Source: Clostridia bacterium (GTDB lineage: Bacteria > Bacillota > Clostridia > Christensenellales > UMGS416). Taken from it: a DNA stretch of 64,000 nt. Below the pieces are notes generated by a model that was not told the DNA's origin, did not search any database, and worked only from the letters and a program-made list of their open reading frames with translations. Of this stretch, positions 31,321-41,508 are shown in pieces. The DNA lies in assembly GCA_016938675.1 (NCBI GenBank), contig JAFGUF010000023.1, forward strand, positions 32,583-96,582. Reading direction: 5' to 3'. The position numbers were made by a program, and so were the translations under genes. Each line of letters begins with the position of its first letter. The stretch's first letter is position 1.

Positions 31321-32238
31321 ATGCGTATCTACATGTTGTTTCAGGATAATTCATTCGCCCATGAAAGAATGGGCGGCTATATTTGGGCTCCTGAAAAACA
31401 CTTCAGCGATATAGGAACATATAATTGGGAATTGGTGAAAGCCATGCACAAGGGAGATGTAATATACAGCGTTGTAGACAATAGAATTACATCAGTCAAT
31501 ATTGCTACCTCAGAGCCTAGAAGAAGACGAAAACCAACTGACCTTGATATACCTGCGGCTGGTGACGGCTGGTATATCGACCTTAACTACAGCCAATTAA
31601 AAAGGAACATCCTTGTTCTTGATAATAATAAAAAGGATATTATCCGCCTGTGCTCAGGCAGGCAGGCCCCCTATAACGAAGACGGCAGCATAGCTGACGG
31701 AAAAATATTCGAAATTTCATATGAAGCACATAAGTACGTAATGAATCTGGTTTCAACCTATAATATAGCCGCAAGCTTCGATCTGCCCGAACTTAAAGAA
31801 AGCGACATCGAGCTCGTGCACCAGGTCGAGAATATAGTCGATAAATACGAAATAAAGGAGCACAAGGCTCTGGCAGTAAGGATGGGCATGCTCGAAACAG
31901 TGCTTAAGCAGAGACTTATCAGGCAGACAAAAAAATGTGCGCTGTGCGATATTGACTATTCAGAGTTTTTATCAGCTGTATATATTAAGCCTTGGAGCGA
32001 TTCATCAACATCGGAAAGGCTGGATTTAAACAACCTGCTTCTTATGTGCCCGCTGCACAGGGATATGTTTGAGTCCGGTCTGATAACATTCAACAGCAAA
32101 GGCATGATTAAGATATCCAGCGAAATGCGATTCGAGAACTTCAAAGCCTTGTCACTGAATTTCTTTACATCCATTAATATGACAAAGGAACAATTAGGCT
32201 ACATGGACTGGCACAATAAGAAAGTATTCAAGGAATAA
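31321..32238 (+). CDS. HNH_2-type nuclease-like protein with an uncharacterised N-terminal domain
   Basis: The C-terminal CALCDIDYSEFLSAVYIKPWS...LNNLLLMCPLHRDMFESGLITF matches the HNH_2 pattern, except that Tyr221 replaces the AAH-I histidine. I cannot assign the N-terminal ~200 aa. Confidence 0.7.
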   Translation: MRIYMLFQDNSFAHERMGGYIWAPEKHFSDIGTYNWELVKAMHKGDVIYSVVDNRITSVNIATSEPRRRRKPTDLDIPAAGDGWYIDLNYSQLKRNILVLDNNKKDIIRLCSGRQAPYNEDGSIADGKIFEISYEAHKYVMNLVSTYNIAASFDLPELKESDIELVHQVENIVDKYEIKEHKALAVRMGMLETVLKQRLIRQTKKCALCDIDYSEFLSAVYIKPWSDSSTSERLDLNNLLLMCPLHRDMFESGLITFNSKGMIKISSEMRFENFKALSLNFFTSINMTKEQLGYMDWHNKKVFKE

Positions 32239-32263
32239 AGGATTTTAGATTAATTTAAGAATT

Positions 32264-32306
32264 ACACGGCAGATAAATTTGTATTTGCTGTGTTTTTTTA
32301 TTTTTT
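32264..32306 (+). terminator. intrinsic terminator after the HNH-domain gene
   Basis: 12-bp stem ACACGGCAGATA / TATTTGCTGTGT (two G-U) followed by TTTTTTTATTTTTT. Confidence 0.8.
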
Positions 32307-32313
32307 CTGTTTG

Positions 32314-32342
32314 TTGATAATTAAATAATATACAGGTATAAT
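32314..32342 (+). promoter_or_regulatory. near-consensus promoter upstream of the zinc-ribbon membrane protein and mutS2
   Basis: TTGATA (32314..32319), 17 nt, TATAAT (32337..32342). Confidence 0.6.
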
Positions 32343-32375
32343 GATATTATATAAAAATTTGAATTGGGAGCAATT

Positions 32376-32771
32376 ATGGAAAATATATGCTGGTTCTGCG
32401 AATCCAACGATGCAGCAGAAGAAAAAGCCTACGAAGTAAACCTGAAAATGCACAACGACAGAAAAGACAAAATCGCAGTTAATATACAAAGGTGCGAGGA
32501 ATGCGCTGAAAAGCATAAAAAAGCAGATATTTTATCAAATTCAATGTACATACTTGAGCTTATTCTTGTTGCAATAGCATACTTTGTTTTTAAGCTGGAA
32601 TGGATATACATTGCAATTGGTTACTTCGCACTAATAAGGCCTATGTCCGGCCTTTCAAAAAAAATACGTGAAAAGGTTTCCGGCCCATACAAGTCTGTAT
32701 GTGATGTTTCAAAGCACCCTGTAGTGAAGGATAAGCTCGAAGAAGGTTATGTTGAAACAAGGAGATTTTAG
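32376..32771 (+). CDS. small membrane protein with an N-terminal CxxC...CxxC zinc-ribbon
   Basis: CWFC...(35 aa)...CEEC followed by two hydrophobic helices. GGGAG lies 5 nt upstream of the ATG at 32376. Confidence 0.55.
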   Translation: MENICWFCESNDAAEEKAYEVNLKMHNDRKDKIAVNIQRCEECAEKHKKADILSNSMYILELILVAIAYFVFKLEWIYIAIGYFALIRPMSGLSKKIREKVSGPYKSVCDVSKHPVVKDKLEEGYVETRRF

Positions 32772-32783
32772 GTAGATAAATTT

Positions 32784-35132
32784 ATGAATAAAAAGTCAAC
32801 AACCAAGCTGGAACTTGACAAAATAATAAATATGGTTGCCGGGTACTGCATGTCTGAATCCGGAAAAGGAATTGCGCAAAAAATGGAGCCAATGACAGAC
32901 CTTTTTGAAATAACATCTTCTCTAGAAGAAACAGATGAAGGGCTTTGTTATCTTGAGAACACGGGTACAAACCCTGTTCGCATGTTTGGAGATATAATAA
33001 GCGATGTAAACAGAGCAAAAATAGGCGCATGCCTTCACGGAGGCCAGCTGCTGTCGGTAGCCTCATTTCTCGGCGTTTCCCGCGAGGTCAAATCAGCGCT
33101 TGAGGACAGTGAGCTTAATATACCTATTCTAAAAAGTTTGGCCTTTCTTCTGGCTGTCGAAAGGTTTATAGAAAACGAAATAAAAAAATGTATTTTATCA
33201 GAGGAAGACATTGCAGATGACGCATCTGAAGCCCTTTACAATATTCGCCGGAATATCAGGAAAAAACAAAGCCAGATTCGCGACAAAATGGACGCTATGC
33301 TCAAATCATCTTCTTCGTATCTTCAAGAAAGCATCATTACAATGCGTTCGGGCAGGTATGTTATACCTGTAAAGGCTGAATATAAGTCCAATGTAAAAGG
33401 AATTGTTCACGATGTATCATCCTCTGGTTCGACCGTTTTTATTGAGCCGATTGCAGTAGTTGAGCTGAATAATGATATTCGCCAGCTTGAGATGGAAGAA
33501 CAAAAAGAAATCCAGCGGATACTTCAGTACCTTTCATCACTTATTATGGAAAAATCGAATATTCTTCTCACAGCCTTCAATACTTTAAGCAAAATAGACT
33601 GGATATTCGCCAAAGCTAAGCTTGCACAGGGAATGGATGCAATAAAGCCGGAAATAAACGACGAAAGATATATAAATATAATAGAAGGCAGGCACCCACT
33701 AATTGATAAAAACTCTGTCGTACCCATAAACATATGGTGCGGCAAAGACTTTGACTGCTTGATTGTGACGGGGCCAAATACGGGCGGCAAGACGGTTTCG
33801 CTTAAAACTTGCGGCCTATTTGTGCTTATGACACAGTCCGGCATGCTCATTCCAGCGAAAACGGGCACTACATTGCCAATATTTGAATCCGTCTATTCCG
33901 ATATCGGCGACGAGCAGTCCATAGAGCAGAGTTTATCAACATTTTCATCCCATATGAAAAATATAGTCAGCATCACAGAGACTGTTGATGATAAAAGCCT
34001 TGTTCTTCTTGATGAGCTGGGAGCTGGCACAGACCCTACAGAGGGCGCAGCGCTGGCTATCAGCATACTTGAGAACCTTATTTCAGCGGGAGCGGTTATA
34101 TTCGCGACCACTCACTACAGCGAACTGAAAGCTTTTGCCCTAACCCAGGATAGAGTTGAAAACGCCGCAATGGAGTTCGATGTAAAAACTCTGTCGCCAA
34201 CTTATAAAATGGGTATCGGCATACCTGGCAAATCGAACGCCTTTGAGATATCCCGCCATCTGGGACTCAATGAAACCATTATAAAAAGAGCCCGTGAGCA
34301 TATTGATGAAGAAGGTATAAGGTTTGAAGATATCATTCAGTCTGCCGAGCGAAACAGGCAATCATCCCTGCGTATGCGTAAGGAAGCCGAAGAAATGCAT
34401 GCTGACGCCAAAAAGCTGCGTGACAGGCATCAGGAAGAATGGAATAGGATATACAGCCAGCAGCAGAAAGAAATCGAAAAAGCAAAGCAGGAGGCAAACC
34501 GAATACTGCAGGAAGCTAAGGATAAATCTGATGACGTCATTAAGCGCCTTAAAGAGCTGGAAAAAGGCAGAAGCTCCAATCTAGACAGAGAGCGCCAGGA
34601 AATTACCGACTCTTTAAAAAGTATGCAGTCAGAATTTGAATACATGGAAAAAGCTAGGCATAAAGGCGCAGCAATCAACCCCGAAATGATAGAGGAAGGT
34701 CAGAATGTACGGTTGATTGATACAAATACAAAAGCAACCGTGATTAAAAAGCCCGATTCCAAAGGCAAGGTACAGGTGCAGGCAGGCATCATCAAGCTAA
34801 TGACCGATATTGAAAACATTGAGATGGACATGGAAGTTTCAGAGAAAAAAATGCCGACCGTTTCAAGAAAAGGGCTCAAAACAAATGCGGCTCCGCTTGA
34901 GCTGGATATCAGAGGCTGCAGCGCGGAAGAAGGCATCATGCAGCTTGATTTATACCTGGATAACGCCTTCACATCGCACCTTCCTACAGTACAGATAATA
35001 CACGGTAAAGGCACCGGTATATTAAGGAGCGCGGTTCACAGGCATCTAAAAAGCCACCCTCATGTATCCGGATACCGTCTGGGAAAGTACGGCGAGGGCG
35101 AGGACGGAGTAACTGTGGTAACTCTTAAATAG
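32784..35132 (+). CDS. mutS2: endonuclease MutS2
   Basis: 782 aa with a MutS ATPase core (GPNTGGKT, LLDELGAGTDP) and a C-terminal Smr domain (LDIRGCSAEEG...IIHGKGTG). Confidence 0.95.
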   Translation: MNKKSTTKLELDKIINMVAGYCMSESGKGIAQKMEPMTDLFEITSSLEETDEGLCYLENTGTNPVRMFGDIISDVNRAKIGACLHGGQLLSVASFLGVSREVKSALEDSELNIPILKSLAFLLAVERFIENEIKKCILSEEDIADDASEALYNIRRNIRKKQSQIRDKMDAMLKSSSSYLQESIITMRSGRYVIPVKAEYKSNVKGIVHDVSSSGSTVFIEPIAVVELNNDIRQLEMEEQKEIQRILQYLSSLIMEKSNILLTAFNTLSKIDWIFAKAKLAQGMDAIKPEINDERYINIIEGRHPLIDKNSVVPINIWCGKDFDCLIVTGPNTGGKTVSLKTCGLFVLMTQSGMLIPAKTGTTLPIFESVYSDIGDEQSIEQSLSTFSSHMKNIVSITETVDDKSLVLLDELGAGTDPTEGAALAISILENLISAGAVIFATTHYSELKAFALTQDRVENAAMEFDVKTLSPTYKMGIGIPGKSNAFEISRHLGLNETIIKRAREHIDEEGIRFEDIIQSAERNRQSSLRMRKEAEEMHADAKKLRDRHQEEWNRIYSQQQKEIEKAKQEANRILQEAKDKSDDVIKRLKELEKGRSSNLDRERQEITDSLKSMQSEFEYMEKARHKGAAINPEMIEEGQNVRLIDTNTKATVIKKPDSKGKVQVQAGIIKLMTDIENIEMDMEVSEKKMPTVSRKGLKTNAAPLELDIRGCSAEEGIMQLDLYLDNAFTSHLPTVQIIHGKGTGILRSAVHRHLKSHPHVSGYRLGKYGEGEDGVTVVTLK

Positions 35133-35272
35133 AGGCCGCAAACAGATATTGGCATATTTTAGCCGGTTTACTGTTTATTTAGTTACTTTTGTTCATATTT
35201 ATGTAACATTTTTGTGTTTCAATTAACACAAATTGAGCGTATTTTATATATAAATAAAGCGGAGGCAGAATT

Positions 35273-35962
35273 ATGAATGATAATGTGAACATTTTGGTAG
35301 TTGATGATGACGTAAACATAGGCCATCTGATAAAACTATACCTGGAAAAAGAGGGTTTCTCTGTTTCCATAGCACTAAGAGGCGACGAAGCGATTCAGGT
35401 ATTTAAAAACGGAAGCTTTCAGCTTGTTATTCTCGACATCATGCTCCCTGGTCTGGACGGATGGGATGTATGCAGGGAAATTAGGAAAATAAGCGACGCA
35501 CCTATAATAATGCTTACTGCCAAAGGCGAGACATTTGATAAAGTTTTAGGGCTGGAGCTTGGCGCAGACGATTACATGGTTAAGCCATTTGATCCAAAGG
35601 AATTAGTAGCGCGTATAAAGGCCATGCGCAGGAGAGCGACTCCCAAATCTCAGGGAGGCAATATACTAGAATTTGATAACCTGACTATAAACATGAACAC
35701 CTATTCTGTTGAATATTTCGGCTCGCAGATGGAACTGCCTCCAAAAGAAATGGAGCTCCTTTTCTTCCTTGCAAATCACAAAAACAATGTTTTCACCAGA
35801 GAACAGCTGCTTGAGCAGGTTTGGGATTTCGACTATTTCGGCGACTCCCGCACAGTTGACGTTCATATAAAGCGCCTGAGGGAAAAGTTCCCGGCTACTG
35901 CTGAAGTATCATGGAAAATAAAAACCGTCTGGGGAGTAGGATATAAATTTGAGGTAAAGTAA
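35273..35962 (+). CDS. OmpR/PhoB-family response regulator
   Basis: Receiver domain (ILVVDDD...LVILDIMLPGLDG) followed by a winged-helix domain (TVDVHIKRLREK...VWGVGYKF). Confidence 0.93.
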   Translation: MNDNVNILVVDDDVNIGHLIKLYLEKEGFSVSIALRGDEAIQVFKNGSFQLVILDIMLPGLDGWDVCREIRKISDAPIIMLTAKGETFDKVLGLELGADDYMVKPFDPKELVARIKAMRRRATPKSQGGNILEFDNLTINMNTYSVEYFGSQMELPPKEMELLFFLANHKNNVFTREQLLEQVWDFDYFGDSRTVDVHIKRLREKFPATAEVSWKIKTVWGVGYKFEVK

Positions 35963-37377
35963 TGTTTCGGTCAGTCTATTCCAGAATGCTCATAACATAC
36001 ATTATGATTGCAGCTTTTATCCTTCTTCTGCAGTCTGTTATTTTGGTTCAGCTTTATAAGCAGTCATACAGCCAGATGACTGCTGACTCCACTGTGGAGC
36101 AGGCAGAGCAAATTGCCAAAATAATTGCCTCCCAGCACTACAGTCAGCCCTACTCCGCACCATTGGTTCTCAGCACTCTGGAAGCATACGAGACCAGCAG
36201 CACCAACCTTTGGCTTGTTGACGAAAACGGAATAGTCTTTCAGGCAAACAGCGAAGATAAACTTCATATGAACAAAAAAGACCTCGCCGAGTCCCTTGAA
36301 AAGGTTTTCAACGGCGAAACTGTTGTTATAAACCGTGAAGCCACCTCAGTAGCCTCCGGACTCAAAATGACAGTTGCTGTTCCTGTCGTATTCGAAGATG
36401 ACAGCATACGTTACGCCATCTATATGTACAGAGCCATTGATTCAACACAGGGGCTGGACTATATGTTCTACAGACATCTTCTGATATCGACATTTATCAC
36501 AATTTTAGTAAGCGGACTGCTTGTTCTTATTTCATCAAAGCACATAACACTGCCAATTAAGCAGCTTAACAAGATGTGTATCGACATAAGCAACGGTAAT
36601 TTTGAAACGCATATACACACGAGCGGCCATGACGAAATTGAGCAGCTTGCGACATCATTTAATACAATGGCACAGAATCTTAAGCGCCACGAAACTCTGC
36701 GTTCCAGTTTTGTAGCCAATGTATCCCACGAGCTTCGTTCGCCGATAACATCCATTCACGGCTTCGCAAAAGGACTGCTTGACGGAACAATTGATGAAAA
36801 AGACAGGGACAAATACGCAAAAGTAATAGTCGATGAAAGCATGAGGCTTAAAAAGCTAATTAATGAGCTGCTTGACCTTTCTCAGATTGAATCAGGCGAG
36901 TTTCCACTTCATCTTTCTCAGTTTGATATAAACGAACATATACGGCGCGTCCTTATACGCTATATCGATAGGATAGAAGAAAAGAACATAGAATTAAAAG
37001 TATCACTTTCTGATGATTTCTGCATGGTATTTGCAGACATTGACAGGATAGATCAAGTAATAGTAAACCTAATTGATAACGCACTAAAGTTTACACCTGA
37101 AAAAGGAACTATCAGCATTTGGACAAAAACTGATGAAGAAAAGGTTTTAGTTGGTGTCAGCGACACAGGCTGCGGAATATCAAAGGAAGACCTTGACTAT
37201 ATTTTCGAAAGGTTCTTTAAATCCGATAAGGCCCATAGCAATAAGATAGGCTCAGGTCTTGGCCTTTCAATCGTTAAGAAAATCTTAGACCAGCATGGGG
37301 AGACCATTTTTGTAAGGTCTGACCCTAACCAAGGAACAAAGTTTATTTTCACGCTTACAAGCGCGAAAGTAAATTGA
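35962..37377 (+). CDS. sensor histidine kinase (two TM segments, HAMP, HisKA, HATPase_c)
   Basis: H-box SHELRSPITSI, N-box LIDNALKFT and G-boxes DTGCGI / GSGLGLSI. 1-nt overlap with the response regulator gene. Confidence 0.92.
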   Translation: MFRSVYSRMLITYIMIAAFILLLQSVILVQLYKQSYSQMTADSTVEQAEQIAKIIASQHYSQPYSAPLVLSTLEAYETSSTNLWLVDENGIVFQANSEDKLHMNKKDLAESLEKVFNGETVVINREATSVASGLKMTVAVPVVFEDDSIRYAIYMYRAIDSTQGLDYMFYRHLLISTFITILVSGLLVLISSKHITLPIKQLNKMCIDISNGNFETHIHTSGHDEIEQLATSFNTMAQNLKRHETLRSSFVANVSHELRSPITSIHGFAKGLLDGTIDEKDRDKYAKVIVDESMRLKKLINELLDLSQIESGEFPLHLSQFDINEHIRRVLIRYIDRIEEKNIELKVSLSDDFCMVFADIDRIDQVIVNLIDNALKFTPEKGTISIWTKTDEEKVLVGVSDTGCGISKEDLDYIFERFFKSDKAHSNKIGSGLGLSIVKKILDQHGETIFVRSDPNQGTKFIFTLTSAKVN

Positions 37378-37426
37378 ACATAAAATATAATAATTAAAAA
37401 ATATGAACTATAAACGAGGTGAAACC

Positions 37427-38641
37427 ATGGACAATTTTGAATATGAATATCATTCAAATCAACCCCCTAAATCCGCGTTTGGAAGAGCTTTAATAATAAC
37501 TCTGATCGTAATTATACTTTTGGCTGCCGCCTTTTTCATAGGCGTGCTTTCACGTGATTACTTCAACCTGCCGCCCGATAAAAACACGGATACAGCATCT
37601 GATGCCACAGAAACTGCATCAGAATCCACACCTGAATCGGAGGCCACACCACTACCTGAAGCAACGCCTTCTCCAACACAGAAACCATCAAGCTCAGTAT
37701 CTGCATACAGCGATATACCTACAGTTGTTGAGCATGTTATGAAGGTCGTTGTAAGCATCACTACTTATTATTCATCCACATCCAATAATATTGACGATTG
37801 GGAGCCAATGGCTTATGGAACTGGAATAATTATTTCAAGTGATGGCTACATTGTAACAAATAACCACGTAATAGCAGACTCCGGCAGAGTAAGCGTAACA
37901 TTATATGACGGCGAAAAAGTGGAGGCTCAGATAATAGGAAGCGACCAGTATGTAGACCTGGCAGTTGTAAAAATCGAAAAAGATGGTCTGTATACTATCC
38001 CCTTTGGAGATTCTTCATTGATACGGCCAGGTGAACAAGTTATAGCTATTGGCTCACCGCTGGGTGATGAACTAACAGGAACTGTAACAGCGGGAATAAT
38101 TTCAGCTGTTGACAGGCAGATAGATGTCGACGGAATCCCGTTCACTCTGCTGCAAACAGACGCAGCTGTAAACCCCGGAAACAGCGGAGGACCACTGGTA
38201 AACATGAACGGCGAAGTCATCGGTGTAACATCCTTAAAGAGCATATTCGCAGGCTTTGATGAATACGGCACTGCAATAGCTGCAGAAGGAATTAGCTACG
38301 CAATACCATCCAATAGCGTTCAGGAATCCATCAACGATATACTAGAATACGGCGGAATTGTTCGCCCATTCATAGGCGTTAACGGATATGACAACCCTGA
38401 AGGTGACGGATTCTTTGTCGCATTAGTTGTGGAAAACGGCCCGGCTGAAACTGCGGGTATACTTGCAGAGGACATAATAACCGCTGTTGATGGAAAGCCT
38501 ATTTTAGGATTCTCAGATTTATTTACGGAAATCAACTCTCGCGATATAGGTGACACGATGACATTGACAGTTTACAGAACCTCTACAGATGAAGAATTGG
38601 AGTTTGAGGTTACCCTAGCTTCAAATCAAGATTTTAACTAA
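37427..38641 (+). CDS. htrA: HtrA/DegP-like S1C serine protease with PDZ domain, membrane-anchored
   Basis: TM anchor, Ser/Thr/Pro/Glu-rich linker, catalytic triad context TNNHVI / DLAVVKI / GNSGGPLVN, and a C-terminal PDZ domain. Confidence 0.88.
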   Translation: MDNFEYEYHSNQPPKSAFGRALIITLIVIILLAAAFFIGVLSRDYFNLPPDKNTDTASDATETASESTPESEATPLPEATPSPTQKPSSSVSAYSDIPTVVEHVMKVVVSITTYYSSTSNNIDDWEPMAYGTGIIISSDGYIVTNNHVIADSGRVSVTLYDGEKVEAQIIGSDQYVDLAVVKIEKDGLYTIPFGDSSLIRPGEQVIAIGSPLGDELTGTVTAGIISAVDRQIDVDGIPFTLLQTDAAVNPGNSGGPLVNMNGEVIGVTSLKSIFAGFDEYGTAIAAEGISYAIPSNSVQESINDILEYGGIVRPFIGVNGYDNPEGDGFFVALVVENGPAETAGILAEDIITAVDGKPILGFSDLFTEINSRDIGDTMTLTVYRTSTDEELEFEVTLASNQDFN

Positions 38642-38653
38642 CCAGATATAGAA

Positions 38654-38687
38654 AATCCTCCGGTTAATTCCGGAGGGTTATTTTTTT
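38654..38687. terminator. bidirectional terminator (htrA / uvrA)
   Basis: CCTCCGG-ttaatt-CCGGAGG with flanking A and T runs. Confidence 0.75.
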
Positions 38688-41508
38688 ACTTAAGTACTTG
38701 TTTCAGAAACTGGCCTGTATAGCTCACGTCGCAGTCAGACACCTGTTCAGGCGTACCCGTACATATTACAGTTCCGCCTTTGTCGCCTCCTTCAGGGCCT
38801 AGGTCAATGATATAATCAGCTGATTTTATAACCTCTAGGTTATGTTCAATGACAACTACAGTGTTTTTGTTGTCCACCAGCCTTTGAAGTATGAGCAGCA
38901 GATGCTCTGTATCTGCAATATGCAGCCCGGTTGTTGGTTCATCTAGGATATAAAGCGTCCTTCCTGTAGAGCGCTTCGACAGCTCCGTTGCCAGCTTTAT
39001 TCTCTGCGCTTCACCGCCGGATAATTGTGTTGAAGGCTGTCCCAGCTTAATATACCCAAGCCCTACATCATACAGCGTCTGTACCTTTGCAGCTATATTA
39101 GGGACATTTTTGAAAAATTCGAGAGCATCTTCCACAGTCATATCAAGAACATCGCTTATATTTTTCCCTTTATATTTCACATTCAATGTCTCATTGTTAT
39201 AGCGCTTGCCTCCGCAAACTTCACAGGGCACATATACATCCGGCAGGAAATGCATTTCGATTTTTATTATTCCGTCCCCCTGGCACGCTTCGCATCTGCC
39301 GCCTTTCACATTGAATGAAAATCTGCCTGCCTTGTATCCTTTGGATTTCGCATCGACAGTCTTTGAAAACAAATCCCTTATAAGAGTAAACATTCCCGTG
39401 TAGGTCGCAGGATTTGATCTGGGCGTCCTTCCAATCGGCGACTGGTCAATATCAATGACTTTATCCAGCTTTTCTACGCCTTTAATATCCTTGTGCTTGC
39501 CCGCTTTTGTGTTTGCTCTGTTCAATTTCTTTGCAAGTGATTTGTAAAGTATTTCATTTACAAGCGAAGATTTCCCCGATCCGGAAACCCCTGTGACACA
39601 GGTGAAAAGGCCAATCGGGATATCGACATTAATGCCCTTAAGATTGTTCTCCCCCGCCCCTTCAATTCTAATAAAATTACCTTTTTCTGCTTTTCGCCTG
39701 GATGGCACTTCAATTTTTCGTACGCCTTTTAGAAACTGGCCGGTCAGTGAGGCTTCACAGTCCATGATGGCGTTAACATCGCCCTCTGCCACTATCTCAC
39801 CGCCGTGCACTCCGGGCCCCGGCCCCATGTCAATAATATGGTCGGCATGACGCATTGTATCCTCGTCATGCTCAACTACAATAAGAGTGTTCCCTAAGTC
39901 ACGCAGCCTCTTAAGCGTACCCAGCAGCTTCAGGTTATCTCTCTGGTGCAGGCCTATACTAGGTTCGTCCAAAACATACAGCACGCCCATCAGGCTGGAG
40001 CCTATCTGTGTCGCCAGTCTAATTCTCTGCGCTTCTCCTCCAGACAGTGTAGCTGCTCCCCTTGAAAGGCTAAGATAGGTCAGCCCGACATCAATTAAGA
40101 ATTTCAGCCTCTCATTGAGTTCTTTCATAATGGGTTCACTTATTATTTCTTCATTGTCTGCGAACTTAAGCTTCTCCATATATTCTGTAAGGTCTGCAAT
40201 TGTATATTCAGTTAATGTTGATATATCTTTACCATCTATTAAGACAGAAAGCGACTCCTTGCGCAGCCTTTTGCCTCCGCACACTCTGCAGGGGGTTTGG
40301 CGCATAAAGGATTCATAATATTCCTTCATCCCCTGTGAATTAGTCTGTTTATATCTTCTCTCAAGACTGTTCATCAATCCTTCGTAGGGGTATTTATATG
40401 TTCCCTCCCCATGCTGGCTGGAATATTTTATAGTCAGTGCTTTGCCCTTTGTTCCATATAGCAGCACATCTTTTTGCTTGGCTGTCAAATCCTTAAGCGG
40501 CGTACTTAGCGAAAAACCGTAACTGGAAGAAAGCTCCTTCAGAACGCTGGATGCATAGCTGCCTTCCTTGTATGTCCATCCCCCAACGTTTATGGCGCCC
40601 TCTTCTATTGACAAATCCCAGTCTTTAATAGCAGCGTCAGGATCCATCATGTATACTGTGCCAAGTCCTGTGCATTCCGGGCAGGCGCCATAAGGATTGT
40701 TGAATGAAAACATACGCGGTGTAATCTCCTCAAGAGTGATTCCACAGTCTGTGCAGGCATAATTGCTGGAAAATTGCATTTCTTCGCCATCAATCACCTT
40801 TACAATAGCAAGGCCTGATGCCAGCTTAAGCGCCAGTTCCATGGAATCTGTCAGCCTGGCCTTGTTGTCATCCTTTGCAACCAGCCTGTCTATTACCACC
40901 TCAATTGTGTGCTTTTTATACCTTTCAAGGTCAATATCATCCTGCAGGTCTACTATCTCGCCGTCAATCCTAGCGCGGACGTAGCCGTCCTTTTTCAATG
41001 ACTCTATAAGCTTTGTATACTCGCCTTTCCTGCCTCGAACTACAGGGGCGAGAATCATATATTTCGTTCCTTCCGGCAGCTCGCTGACAGCATCTATCAT
41101 CTGGTCTATTGTTTGCTGGGTTATTGGCTTGCCGCACTGATGGCAGTGCACCTTGCCTACCCTTGCATATAGCAGACGCAGGTAATCATATATCTCTGTA
41201 ACCGTTCCTACAGTTGACCTTGGGTTTCTGCTTGTTGTTTTCTGGTCAATTGAAATAGCAGGTGACAGGCCTTGTATATTGTCAACATCCGGCTTGTCCA
41301 TTCTGCCTAGAAACTGACGCGCGTATGAAGACAGCGATTCGACATATTTTCTCTGGCCTTCAGCATAAATGGTGTCAAATGCCAGTGATGATTTGCCGGA
41401 ACCTGATAGTCCTGTTATCACCACTAATTTATCTCTGGGAATATCCACATTTATATTTTTTAAATTGTGCTCTCTTGCTCCTCTTACGGATATAGTATCT
41501 TTAATCAT
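38686..41508 (-). CDS. uvrA: excinuclease ABC subunit UvrA
   Basis: Two ABC ATPase modules ([18 protein letters not shown]) and zinc-finger Cys clusters. I prefer the ATG at 41508; the ORF track uses the upstream TTG at 41523. Confidence 0.97.
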   Translation of the reverse strand: MIKDTISVRGAREHNLKNINVDIPRDKLVVITGLSGSGKSSLAFDTIYAEGQRKYVESLSSYARQFLGRMDKPDVDNIQGLSPAISIDQKTTSRNPRSTVGTVTEIYDYLRLLYARVGKVHCHQCGKPITQQTIDQMIDAVSELPEGTKYMILAPVVRGRKGEYTKLIESLKKDGYVRARIDGEIVDLQDDIDLERYKKHTIEVVIDRLVAKDDNKARLTDSMELALKLASGLAIVKVIDGEEMQFSSNYACTDCGITLEEITPRMFSFNNPYGACPECTGLGTVYMMDPDAAIKDWDLSIEEGAINVGGWTYKEGSYASSVLKELSSSYGFSLSTPLKDLTAKQKDVLLYGTKGKALTIKYSSQHGEGTYKYPYEGLMNSLERRYKQTNSQGMKEYYESFMRQTPCRVCGGKRLRKESLSVLIDGKDISTLTEYTIADLTEYMEKLKFADNEEIISEPIMKELNERLKFLIDVGLTYLSLSRGAATLSGGEAQRIRLATQIGSSLMGVLYVLDEPSIGLHQRDNLKLLGTLKRLRDLGNTLIVVEHDEDTMRHADHIIDMGPGPGVHGGEIVAEGDVNAIMDCEASLTGQFLKGVRKIEVPSRRKAEKGNFIRIEGAGENNLKGINVDIPIGLFTCVTGVSGSGKSSLVNEILYKSLAKKLNRANTKAGKHKDIKGVEKLDKVIDIDQSPIGRTPRSNPATYTGMFTLIRDLFSKTVDAKSKGYKAGRFSFNVKGGRCEACQGDGIIKIEMHFLPDVYVPCEVCGGKRYNNETLNVKYKGKNISDVLDMTVEDALEFFKNVPNIAAKVQTLYDVGLGYIKLGQPSTQLSGGEAQRIKLATELSKRSTGRTLYILDEPTTGLHIADTEHLLLILQRLVDNKNTVVVIEHNLEVIKSADYIIDLGPEGGDKGGTVICTGTPEQVSDCDVSYTGQFLKQVLK

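Noticed and set aside
37560-37700. Low-complexity Thr/Ser/Pro/Glu-coding tract and the overlapping small ORFs 37554..37742 and 37558..37761
   Set aside because: The tract is the flexible linker between the membrane anchor and the protease domain of the HtrA-like protein. The overlapping ORFs are frame shadows.
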